Positions 24,389 through 33,598 of a stretch of DNA of 64,000 nucleotides are shown one piece after another. Each line of letters starts with the position of its first letter. The stretch's first letter is position 1. Below the pieces are notes generated by a model. The model ran no database searches. It saw nothing but the letters and a program-made list of their open reading frames with translations, and was not told where the DNA came from. The DNA is taken from assembly GCA_900088475.1 (NCBI GenBank), contig FLMG01000120.1, positions 11,456 to 75,455 on the forward strand, read 5' to 3'. Both the position numbers and the translations under genes were made by a program. This DNA is from Hyphochytrium catenoides (Eukaryota; Protista; Hyphochytriomycota).

Positions 24389-25438
24389 ATGATAAGGGTT
24401 GCGCCTCTCATAGAGCTCATTCTGACAGCGGCGCTTCTTCTGCTGCAGTGTCCTCAGGCCTTTGCCGCTTTCGTTTCTACACAGGCTAGAACGGTTGCCA
24501 AGTCTTTTCAAAAGCCTTACAGCGCCATAGGGGAGACGACTGTTATCCGGACGGCAACCTCTACTAACTTCATTGCAAACACTCTTAAAGGCGTAGCGAC
24601 AGCTACTAGCCTTCCTATCGAGTTTCAAGGCGGCGATCTACGGCCCGGAGTTACTCAGGTAGTGCTCATCTGGTACGGCGCCTATACTCCAGCTTCCGCA
24701 GCGGTGCCAATAGTGGAGAAATTTGTGCAGGACATATCTGGCTCGTCCTGGTGGACGATTGTCTCCACCTACATGGACGCCCAGCAGAACCCTCTCTCGA
24801 TTACCTATACATTCCTTGCCTCTGTCTTTGACCGGTACTCGCAGGGCACGGCCCTAGACAGTGATGCTAAGGTTCAAGCAGTGGTGGTGTCAACGATGCA
24901 AGCCTTAGGAAGGATTCCGGACCGACAGACATTATACGTGGTGATCACCTCTCCCGATGTCCGGGAACAGCAGCTTTGCATGCCAGTCACGGGCTATTGC
25001 GGCTATCACACAGTCTTTGCGATTGGCCAGGTCAATCTGACCTACTCTCTTTTAGGTGATCCGACAGGGTGTGACGTCTGCTTTCCCCCGCAGCTGCAGC
25101 TGGAGCGAGGGCGAAAACCACCTCCCACGGCTACAGGCGTGCGTGCCGCCGATGGCATAATATTCACACTGGCTCACGAACTTATAGAGAACGCACTGGA
25201 CCCTGTCCCGTTTTCAGCCTGGGTAGACGCGAAGGAGCAGGAAGCTGCTGATAAGTGTGCAGGAGTGTACGGGCGGGTTTCTAAGCCAGATGACGGAGCA
25301 CCGTTTAACACTGAGGTCGGAGGACAGAAGCTGCTGCTGCAGGCTGTCTGGAGAGCAGATACTCAGAGCTGCGCCCTCTCCGCCGCTGCTCAAACGGCTC
25401 AGGAAGAAACCAACCTCGAAGCCACACTAGGGCCCTAA
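24389..25438 (+). CDS. Secreted phosphate-induced protein 1 (Phi-1/EXORDIUM-like), intronless
   Basis: Signal peptide (..LLLLQCPQAFA), then GG..VVLIWYG, FVQDISGSSWWTIVSTY, LYVVITSPDV, YCGYHT, ADGIIFTLAHELIENALDP..SAW, EAADKCAGVYG, GGQKLLLQAVW. Confidence 0.88.
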   Translation: MIRVAPLIELILTAALLLLQCPQAFAAFVSTQARTVAKSFQKPYSAIGETTVIRTATSTNFIANTLKGVATATSLPIEFQGGDLRPGVTQVVLIWYGAYTPASAAVPIVEKFVQDISGSSWWTIVSTYMDAQQNPLSITYTFLASVFDRYSQGTALDSDAKVQAVVVSTMQALGRIPDRQTLYVVITSPDVREQQLCMPVTGYCGYHTVFAIGQVNLTYSLLGDPTGCDVCFPPQLQLERGRKPPPTATGVRAADGIIFTLAHELIENALDPVPFSAWVDAKEQEAADKCAGVYGRVSKPDDGAPFNTEVGGQKLLLQAVWRADTQSCALSAAAQTAQEETNLEATLGP

Positions 25439-25522
25439 CAGGTCATAGAGCCATTATTTACATTAATAAATTATAAGAGAACTTGTGACTATAGCATTAC
25501 TTCTTAGGGCGTTGGCAGCTGA

Positions 25523-26632
25523 CTAGAGCATGATATGGGAGGTAGCCTCATAGAGTGCAGCTGCTAACACCCCGCCCATGAGAGGACCTACAAAGGGGAT
25601 CCAGGCATAATGCCACTCTGATGAACCTTTGTTCGGGATAGGAAGGAGCCAATGTGCTAACCGAGGTCCGAAATCTCTCGCTGTATTTGCGGCGTAACCA
25701 GTTGGGCCGCCAAGCGCCGCCACGCAGACCGCAACGTAGATGGCAATGTAGAAGGACACAAATACTCTCTTGTAGATGACGGACCATTCAGCGCTTACAA
25801 GTTCTGCGACGTCTTCGCCCGTGTAAACACCCCAGAGAAGCATCATGGTACCTAGAGTTTCTGTCAAAAGGTTCTGCCACCAGTTGAAGACACTGGGACG
25901 AGTAGCGAATGCACTCAGCTTGGCAGATTGATCTCCGATTAGCTTTGAGATATAAGCCCATTCTTCTGGTCCTAGCTCAGGATGGTCCTCGTGAAGCTTT
26001 TCTAGCAGGTCTCCGTCCGTCATGTTGTACGCGCGCTTGGGCTTTGCGACCCGCTTGTAGTCCGCTTCAAGGTCACCAACCTCCAAGGTCCCGGAGGCCT
26101 CTCTGTAGCTCACACTTTCCCTTCCTCCTTCCTCCTCCTGGCCGGGAAGCGTAGTGTTTTGCCGTCTAAAGTTAAGCTCACCGGCATTGGGCAAGCCAAA
26201 GAATGACACAATGGTTGCTTGCGTCTCTTGCCGTCGCTCATGAGGTCGGAGATAAGGATCAGTCCAGTGAGGTTGAATGGGCCGTTTGACGGTAAGGTTA
26301 AAGTGCCCCAGAGCGTACACCCATGCGGTTACCGCGCCCAGGAACGCTCCCAATATCTCAGCCGTGCTGAGCACAACGAAGTCAACAAAGTTCGCTCGTC
26401 CAAGGACCAGCTTCATCATCATAGAGGCAGGATTCAATGCGGCACTGATGTGCGAGAAGCAGAGAAGAGGGAAGAAGAAAGCTAGGCCAAAGAAGAGGGC
26501 AATGAAGCCGAAGCCCATCTGGTTACCCTTCGTTTTGCTTAGAACTTCATTCGCAATGAGAGAGTTACCCATGGCCATCACCCACCACATGCCCACCAGT
26601 TCTGCGGCAGCTTTGGTCCACAAAGTGGCCAT
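25523..26632 (-). CDS. Aquaglyceroporin (MIP family, GlpF/GIP-type) with long loop-C insertion, intronless
   Basis: AELVG, GNSLIANEVLSKTKG, ISAALNPAS, AEILGAFLGA, AKLSAFATRP, NLLTETLGT, LGGPTGYAANTARDFGPRLAHWLLPIPNKGSSEWHYAWIPFVGPLMGG. D after the second NPA-R box indicates a glycerol channel. Confidence 0.93.
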   Translation of the reverse strand: MATLWTKAAAELVGMWWVMAMGNSLIANEVLSKTKGNQMGFGFIALFFGLAFFFPLLCFSHISAALNPASMMMKLVLGRANFVDFVVLSTAEILGAFLGAVTAWVYALGHFNLTVKRPIQPHWTDPYLRPHERRQETQATIVSFFGLPNAGELNFRRQNTTLPGQEEEGGRESVSYREASGTLEVGDLEADYKRVAKPKRAYNMTDGDLLEKLHEDHPELGPEEWAYISKLIGDQSAKLSAFATRPSVFNWWQNLLTETLGTMMLLWGVYTGEDVAELVSAEWSVIYKRVFVSFYIAIYVAVCVAALGGPTGYAANTARDFGPRLAHWLLPIPNKGSSEWHYAWIPFVGPLMGGVLAAALYEATSHIML

Positions 26633-26813
26633 CTGACGACTTAGCAGGGGTCAATTGTTCGACTGACAAAACAATGTTTCGGTAGGTCAGCAGCAGGGCT
26701 GTGCGGTGTTCAACGTCGTTTCCGCGTTATGGTGCTGTTGATATTAGATTCCAAGCTTGTACTAGAGTCTGCTTGCTCTGCCTAGTGGATGGCAAAAGAG
26801 ATAATGAAGGAAG

Positions 26814-27040
26814 TTACCGAACCATTAAGCTGGGGCTGCGATGGCTTTGACACTCGGCTTTACATTTTATGATGTGTGAATGCAGTGTATAGTCTGGGTA
26901 CAAGTACAGAGGTAGAGCAAGAGAGATCGAAGGGACACAGAGGCGAGATCTGTGAATTGCATGGCCAGCATCCAGTACTTCCTTTGAACCCGAACCGTCC
27001 CTGTTGTACAGCGTCCCGTCCTTGTCCACCACATAGTGAG
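26814..27040 (-). mobile_element. Possible degenerate Ty3/gypsy pol fragment (RNase H-integrase linker)
   Basis: PHYVVDKDGTLYNRDG...RSRLCVPS...LHSHIIKCKAECQSH resembles the gypsy F..DGLLY...RLCVP..LR..IL.E.H motif. Short and weak. Confidence 0.3.
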
Positions 27041-30000
27041 GACTGGCAGGCCCTGGCAGCAGAGCTACTGCTTCATCGACTGAGTCCTCACACGGTCAGA
27101 TAACAAAGGGAGGAGAGCATCCATGAGATAGGAAATCATGCTGAGGACAAAGCAGGAGCCGACGAGGCAGCGAGGAGCCGGCCAGCCAGCCAGCAGATCG
27201 AACAGCTGGAGCTGCCTACGCCCTAAGAAGACCTAAGATCCTGCTGCACAGGGGATTATATACATATATAACCTGCAGACATAGATACAGACGGAGTGAT
27301 GAGACTTCGTGATGATGAAGTGACAGGGCAGTGATAAGAAAGAGAGAGAGAAAGCAAGACCACTGCGGGAGATAATAAGCCATAGATAATATACGCGATG
27401 GAAGGACTGGAGGCGGCGCGGCTGGTGATGGACAGAACGGATGATGGAAAGCTTACTTAAACGTTCTAATCGGCACTTTGGTCCTCACGTGGTTCACATG
27501 AACTTCTCTTCCTGTTTACGAAGAGGAGAACGACAAGCGAGAGTGGTGTTAGAAAATACCCAAGCACTAGAAATAGGCTTTAGCCCTTCGTACAAAGCAT
27601 CTCATAGGCGATGAGCGTCAAACAGGCGAATACAAACAAGTAGTCCAGAAAATAGGTCTGGGATCGGGTCGTAACGCACAGAAACCATGCGGGGCATCAT
27701 GTCAGAAGGTCGGCTTGTCCAAAATAACGAGGGACCTCCAAAACTGTCCCGAAATTAGTGAGGGCTCCTAGTTGTCTAGGGCTCCCGAAATTAGTCAGTG
27801 CTGATTATCCCACACAGACAACACGAGGATGAGACGGACAGACAGATGATCACACGAAGTGGTAGATAGTAACAGCAGCAGGAAAGAGAGATCAGCAAAC
27901 GTGTCCTGCTGCTGTTTGTCATCAAGGAGTCGAGATCAGCAGAAGAGGCGGCAGGGACTCTAATTGTCAAACCCGCGACGGCGAAGAAAATAGACTACGA
28001 GGGTCTCTGTCCCCCGAAGAAGAGCGAAGAAGAAGAAGGACGACAGGAGGACGGAAGAACGGAGGCTTCTGTGTGCTGTGAAGGTAGTTATAGCGGGGTT
28101 GATGATGATGATGAGGCACGGAATCGGCTTCTTCTCTTCGCTTCATCAACGTTAATAGTCGTCGCAACGAGGGACCACTAGCAGCAGTACCACCAGCAGC
28201 AGCAACAATAGAACTTGTTGCCGGCAGTGGTGCTTGTTGAGAAGGACCTGGGTGTAGGAGAAGAAGAAGGACCTGCCAGATATTCAAGAGTGACGCAGGA
28301 GGACGGCAAGCTGGAGATCATAGATATGACGTCTGGTGACAAAGAAGAAAGGGTTCCTCTATGTTTTAATTATTCCGTTTGAGATAAATATAAACACGGT
28401 AATGAAGATATTGAGGAGGTCGAACGAGCTAGACCACGTTTTTCTCATCCAATCCCTCTGCTAACAATGATGGCGAGGAGCCAACCACACGAGGATGCAT
28501 ACAAATACGTACCCACCACAGAAACGCCCGGGCAGCTTGATTAATTGCTTGCAGCTCTCTTCGTAGTGGTCAATTCAAAAATGGCTCATGCGCCGTCTAT
28601 GAACGAAAAGCTGAACATTGGCAGTCATTTTCTAGATTCAGGATAACTCTAGTAGTAGAGAGTAGAGAAATGTCACATGTTCGCCGGGGAGGAAGGGCCT
28701 GCAGTGTACACTAATGATGCACCCGCCAAAGGGCTAACCGGCGGTCCTTGTTTACGTAAAGGATCCCTTCATTAGTTGTTGTTGGGCCTGTCATCATTGT
28801 TGCAAATGGACCGTCCTGACCTCCTTCCCACGAGCATAAGCTCTGGCTCGTACACCATAATAGACGACCACTTTTTACATATTATTATCCTGCTGATGAT
28901 ATCAATTATATAATACCGTCTAGCGGCGGACCCTCGGCCTTACCCTTATGCATCTCTAACTATGCCTTCTTCTTCTTGGGCTTAGAGATAGACAGTTCTG
29001 TCTCGGAGGACGACGATGAGGAGAACACTTTGACGCCGGTGGCCATGTCCCGCGTGGATTGTAGTTACAAGATACCTACAGTCTTACGACGGCAAGTGCA
29101 AGAATCGATGGCAAAAAAGGTCTTGATATGTCTCATGGGAAAGTTGTCGCTAATGTCATGAGCACATCATCAGGGTGTCGGAGTGAAGGGAGGAGAGGAG
29201 AGGAAGAAGAGCAACGCTAAGCGTGGCCTACCTCCCCGCTTACGGCAGCAGATATGACACACACGCCGTTCAGTAATCCGCACGCAGCCTAAAGTCAGAT
29301 ATGTGGTCAGCTTTAGCTGTGTGCTCGGCCCTCCTTCAGAAAAAATGAAGGGCAGGTGGATGGGTGGGTTGATTCCCTCTCTCTGTAGCCCACTCGGCCG
29401 GTCCGTGTGGGCATTTGGCTGGACCATTGTTTCGAGGAAGTATATGCAGGCGGTGACCGTGGGAGGTGGGTAGGCAGCCGATCTTCGAAAGGTTGTTCTG
29501 GAGGGAAAGGGAATGGGGGGCGAGGGGGGGGCGGTGATGGTCTGTGTGTATGTCCTCTCTGCTCGCTCTGTGAGGCGCTGCCGGCCCAGGAGACAAGCAG
29601 TAATAAGTGCACTACTAATAACTACCGCCCCCGCCCCTCTTCTTTCCCTCCTCCTCATCGTCATCCATCTACTTCTTTCCTTTTCCTCCTCCTCTCCTCT
29701 CTGTTCATCGTCTATCCATCAGCAGCATCACTTCCCACCTAGCTGCCGCCGCGGCCTCTTTCCTGCTCCCACCCCTTCCTCCTCCTTCCTCAGATCTTTG
29801 TTTTCTCCATCGTCCATCATCGTCGGCGGAAGAAGGGGTCCCACCGACGCAGACTTTGCTAGCTTGTTCCTTACTCGAATCCGTCGCAGGGCAGAAAGAC
29901 AGACAAGAGCCTATACTGCAGCAGTCCGAGGCCTGCGCTGCCCTTTCTCTGCTGTCCTTTCTCCTTGTTGTCCTTGTCCTCTTTCTCCACAATCCGTTGT

Positions 30001-30360
30001 TGTTGTCCTCCTCCTCCCATCGCACTCCTTCTTCTTCCAGTAGACTACCGCCATCATCAATCCTTCTCCTCCCTCCTCGCACGCGCATCTCTGTCAATTT
30101 CGGTAACGGACAACGAAGACGAAGCATCATCGTCAACACCGTCAAAAAGGGTTCCTCGGCATATATCTGGAGCGAAAGTGGCCCCGTTCTACTTAGTTCA
30201 ACCTTTGCCCATCATAAACCCAACAAGAAGTCATTGTTGGAGGTGTTAGTAGGATCTGGTCAACCCTTCTCTGCTCTCAGCCCACCAAAGCTGATCACTT
30301 GCAGAAGCAGCTCCATATATCTAGCGAGTAAGAAGGGTCCCACCCCTAATTCAAGAACTG

Positions 30361-31758
30361 ATGGGTTGGCCAAGGCAGAGCAGCACCACCAACCAGGCGC
30401 CTATCGTGTCCGCGTCGTCGTATGGCGTGCTCCTACTATTGCTCCTAGCCACCACCGGAAGCCTTCCTCTAGAGTCGGTGGTGGCAGATGGCGCTGTTGC
30501 GGCAGTCCAGCGTGTTGTCTCTCCCCCTGCTGCCCAGCAGGCTGGGTTGAATACTCCTTCGGCCACTCGCAAGGTGGTAGAGGGACATGACAAGAGTGCG
30601 GGTGTCCGTAAGGCAGGATTTATTACAAACGAGTCTAGAAACGCTTCTGCACTCCGGACTTCCGAAGAGTACCATGATCGGCCGACAACATGCAACGCAA
30701 CGGTGTCAGGCGGCTGTGCAGAGATTCAGGATCTTCCTATTACTACCAGCAGCGACAGGGCGAGTCACGCAGAATATCCTTTATCATCAGTAACCCCTTA
30801 TGAGTTCTCCAGCGACTGGTTCTCAAGTAATATTCCGATCTGGAGCCAACTTCTTAAGCCCTTTCGTGGCGCTCCAGTGACCTTTATGGAAATTGGAAGC
30901 TTTGAGGGTCGTAGCGCCACTTGGCTGCTAGACAACATCCTCACCCACCCAGAAGCCAGACTCTTCTGTGTGGATCCGTTCCTTCCGTCCTTTGGATTCA
31001 CAGCTGTGGCAGCAGACATGGAGCGGACGTATCACCGCTTCCGCCGGAACATGCGTCGCCATGAGGGCAAGTATTCGCTCTTGAAGGGATACAGCCACGA
31101 TGTCTTAAAGTTACCGGAGGTTTCCGCGATGAAGTTTGACTTCTTCTACATCGATGGCAACCATTTCCCACAGATGGCACTAGAAGACGCTGTGCTCGCA
31201 TTCAGGCTTCTGAAGGATGGCGGAGTCATGGTCTTCGATGACTATAAGTGGGTTGGCGCCAAGGGGGATTACTCTCCTAAGTCAGGCATCGATGCCTTTG
31301 TGTACGCCTACCGTCCCCTCATAGATGTCCTCTTCAGTGACTACCAGTACATTATCAAGAAGAAGCCCCTAATGGAGCTTGCTCCGGCTTTCTTTGCTCA
31401 TGAAGCCTCAATGAGGATCGCAGAGGCAGAGAGGAAGCTAGAGAAGAAACCCTCCCTGACTGGGGAGGAGGAGCTGAAGGCTTTGAGACTGCACTACGCA
31501 GTGGAACTAAACGCCATCAAGAAGCCTCAGGTAGCCATTGTGCAAGCGGACAAGGTCCTCGAGAAAGATAAAGCAAACGCAATGGCATACCGCAATAAGG
31601 TGCACTCTTATCTTTTGCTCGGTGAAAGACAGGCGGCGTTAGACACACTGGCCCTGGCGGGAGAAAGTCTCGGAAGTCACCGCTTCGAGGCTGAGCTGGG
31701 GGCTGTGAAGCAGGCTATTCTCTCTTCTTCTGCTCCCACGTCCCAGCCGAAGACATAG
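30361..31758 (+). CDS. Class I SAM-dependent methyltransferase (Methyltransf_24-like) with N-terminal signal/anchor and C-terminal TPR-like helices, intronless
   Basis: GVLLLLLLATTG signal; FSSDWFSSNIPIW, FMEIGSFEGRSATWLLDNIL, LFCVDPF, LLKGYS, FDFFYIDGNH, LEDAVLAFRLLKDGGVMVFDDYKW, PKSGIDAF; TPR-like ADKVLEKDKANAMAYRNKVHSYLLLG. Confidence 0.9.
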   Translation: MGWPRQSSTTNQAPIVSASSYGVLLLLLLATTGSLPLESVVADGAVAAVQRVVSPPAAQQAGLNTPSATRKVVEGHDKSAGVRKAGFITNESRNASALRTSEEYHDRPTTCNATVSGGCAEIQDLPITTSSDRASHAEYPLSSVTPYEFSSDWFSSNIPIWSQLLKPFRGAPVTFMEIGSFEGRSATWLLDNILTHPEARLFCVDPFLPSFGFTAVAADMERTYHRFRRNMRRHEGKYSLLKGYSHDVLKLPEVSAMKFDFFYIDGNHFPQMALEDAVLAFRLLKDGGVMVFDDYKWVGAKGDYSPKSGIDAFVYAYRPLIDVLFSDYQYIIKKKPLMELAPAFFAHEASMRIAEAERKLEKKPSLTGEEELKALRLHYAVELNAIKKPQVAIVQADKVLEKDKANAMAYRNKVHSYLLLGERQAALDTLALAGESLGSHRFEAELGAVKQAILSSSAPTSQPKT

Positions 31759-31929
31759 TCTGGTAGCATTCTGGCACCTCCACTCTTATCCTCCATGCAT
31801 TCTCTTCTTCTTCTTTTAGCAGAAGCTAATCCATGATTATATAAGAATATTTTGGCAAGAATAGGTCACACGAGATCACTCTCCCTCTTGACCTAATACG
31901 TCTACCGTGGCACATCACAGCGTCCTTAT

Positions 31930-32420
31930 TATTAGCTGCGGGTTCGATTGCTTGATCTTCAGTTATAGCAAGCTAAGACAAGACGACGGAAAGGTAGCAG
32001 ACTCTCATGTCCACGTGGAGTTCATGGAATATAGTGGGACAATAGCTAGGATGATGCCGGTGGTGCGGCTAGATGTGGACCTTAGCTCTGAAGAAAAAGT
32101 CTCAGGGTACTCTAACTCTTCTTCCTCTTGGAGTCTCTGTGCTACTAGGCGTGTCCTTTATCTCCTTAAGGAGCCGCCGGACCTCGCTTGATCTGAAGCA
32201 CCTGCTTAAATCCAAGTGCTTGCAATACCTTTAGAGGAGATGCTTTCGTACTCCTTACTAGAACCGCTACTAGCTGTGGTTATCCTTATTGCCCCTGTCA
32301 TCCTAGAGAAGAGACTCTCCTCCGTCAAGCCACCTACACTCTACCTTCACGTTCACGAAACCTTCCCCTCGTCCGTCACAAATCTTTGCCACTTGCTGCA
32401 CTGCTGAAGAAAGGGCAACT
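31930..32420 (-). mobile_element. Degenerate Ty1/copia reverse transcriptase relic
   Basis: Minus-strand KGIASTWI*...GGSLRR*RTRLVAQRLQEEEELEYPETFSSELRSTSSRTTGIILAIV (VLQIKR and ELHVDM in adjacent frames) aligns to the copia RT consensus K.IG.KWVFKIK...G...RYKARLVA.G..Q..G.DY.ETFSPV....SIR.ILAIA....ELHQMD, with stops and frameshifts. Confidence 0.6.
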
Positions 32421-33281
32421 CAATCGTCCTCTCCCCTTGGCTGTATGGCATCCCTTGAACGGCCCACCGAAGGCCTTCTCCCTTGAAATATCTCTTCCTC
32501 TGCGAATCTTCCTCTGCCTGTCTAAGAGAAGCTCCGTAGCCTTATTACTGCCAAGACCATTTATGATGACTGATGAACTGATGAGCTGATGAGGAAGGAA
32601 GGTTCCAGCTCCAGTGCTGGTGCACGCATTGACCGGCTCCATCCCAAGTCTTCTCAGTTGCTTTGCCTCTCCAAAAGTCATAGAGCCGTCCATCATTCGG
32701 AAGCCATGGTTATTGTTAGAGAGTATCCTGCTATTGCCACCCGCTGTACTGGTCATGTAGCCGACGTCTACCCCCTACTATCTACAGTATAATAGCTCAG
32801 TGACGGAAAGGTAAACCTCTGTTTAGTAGGGGACAGGTCCCCTAAGATGCCTTAAATAGACTTTTCTAATCCGCTTAATAATCATCTTAGCCTCCCAACT
32901 TGTATAGAAAGGCCATGAAATAGTCCCCCAAGGAAAGAATAAATTGGGTCTCAATGCAACGGTTTGCTGTGATATTTTCCCTGTCCAACCCCCTCCCCGC
33001 ACATCCGCCGCCCCCGCAGTGCATCTTCATGCTGATGCAACTTCATCTTTCCTAATCCTTCGCCGCCCGGAGCGCGGCGCGGTTGCCTCTCAACTCCCAA
33101 CCTCCATCGCCCAAACTTTTTTGCTTTCCCTGTTGCTGTCTGCCCTGCCCTCCTGACCTGCCTCTCTCGCTGCTCCTGCCCTTCCTCCCGTTCCCTTTCC
33201 TGGCGGTCCGTCATGCTTCCCGCTCTTTGCCCTGCTTGTTGATGAGTTGATGGACAAGCCGCGCTGCCCATGGACCGCAGG

Positions 33282-33417
33282 GAGCAGTGAGCAGTGAGCA
33301 GTGAGCAGTGAGCAGTGAGCAGTGAGCGGTGAGCAGTGAGCAGTGAGCAGTGAGCAGTGAGCAGTGAGCAGTGAGCAGTGAGCAGTGAGCAGTGAGCAGT
33401 GAGCAGTGAGCAGTGAG
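33282..33417. repeat. Heptamer tandem repeat (GAGCAGT)19
   Basis: 19 contiguous copies, one variant GAGCGGT. Confidence 0.97.
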
Positions 33418-33598
33418 AGAAGAGAACTCGGACCAGCGGCAGCTTTGCAAGGCATTAGCGCATCAGGCGGCTGTGAAGCTTTATAGTCAGAATCGCCCTT
33501 TAACGGTGGTGTCCTTTGGCCCTGGCCACTTGCTGAGGAATAACAAGATGACCACCGCGCTACCGCCATCCACCTCCTTCCCTCCGGCTCCCCCGCCA

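Noticed and set aside
29170-30590. Several overlapping ORFs upstream of the methyltransferase
   Set aside because: Low-complexity, no motifs, non-ATG starts in most cases.
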